A DNA stretch of 64,000 bases, taken from the NCBI RefSeq assembly GCF_039654945.1, contig NW_027361696.1:33294001-33358000 (forward strand). The letters run 5' to 3'. The notes beneath the pieces are model-generated. The model had not been told where the DNA came from. It ran no database searches and saw only the letters and a program-made list of their open reading frames with translations. This document shows positions 63,842 to 64,000 of this stretch, in pieces (positions within the stretch are counted from its first letter, which is position 1; every line of letters starts with the position of its first letter). This stretch comes from Dendrobates tinctorius (lineage: Eukaryota). The position numbers and the translations under genes are program-made.

Positions 63842-64000
63842 TAGAGTTGAGCGACTTTTGGTTTTTTAGGGTCGCGTTTCGTTTCGTGAAACCCGACTTT
63901 TCCAAAAGTCGGGTCGAGCAAGATCGTCCGATTATAGGGAAAAGTCGGGGTCGTCCCGAAACACGAAACCCAATGTAAGTCAATGGGGAATAAAAGTCGG
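63842..64000. mobile_element. Start of a probable hAT-type MITE, truncated by the window end
   Basis: Begins TAGAGTTGAGCGA and has tcgg/ccga subterminal repeats; the second end is outside the window. Confidence 0.5.

Overview
Eukaryotic vertebrate genomic DNA, most likely a frog (inferred from the repeat families and gene sequences, not from a database). There are two intact host genes in head-to-head orientation. LSR (angulin-1) is on the - strand with 10 coding exons from 25240 to 10327; every junction is GT-AG and phase-consistent, giving 581 aa. FAM187B is on the + strand with 2 exons (27192-28009 and 34967-35300), giving 383 aa. Most of the rest is mobile or tandem DNA: an L2-type LINE with a 2A-like motif, a full-length DIRS1 tyrosine-recombinase retrotransposon, a hATm-like DNA transposon fragment running into a 132-N gap, two chromodomain Gypsy elements, a solo LTR, a BEL/Pao element, three Tc1 elements or remnants, an inverted Penelope insertion with hammerhead-ribozyme motifs, TTAA and TAA MITEs, and many minisatellites. 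I found no clearly new multi-gene system. The best leads are a predicted spliceosomal intron in the DIRS gag, the invertebrate-type hATm fragment, the 2A-like peptide, the paired hammerheads, a fold-back insertion with a 14-bp TSD, and a tandem array of CTCF-like motifs in an LSR intron. All family assignments come from motif recognition by eye.
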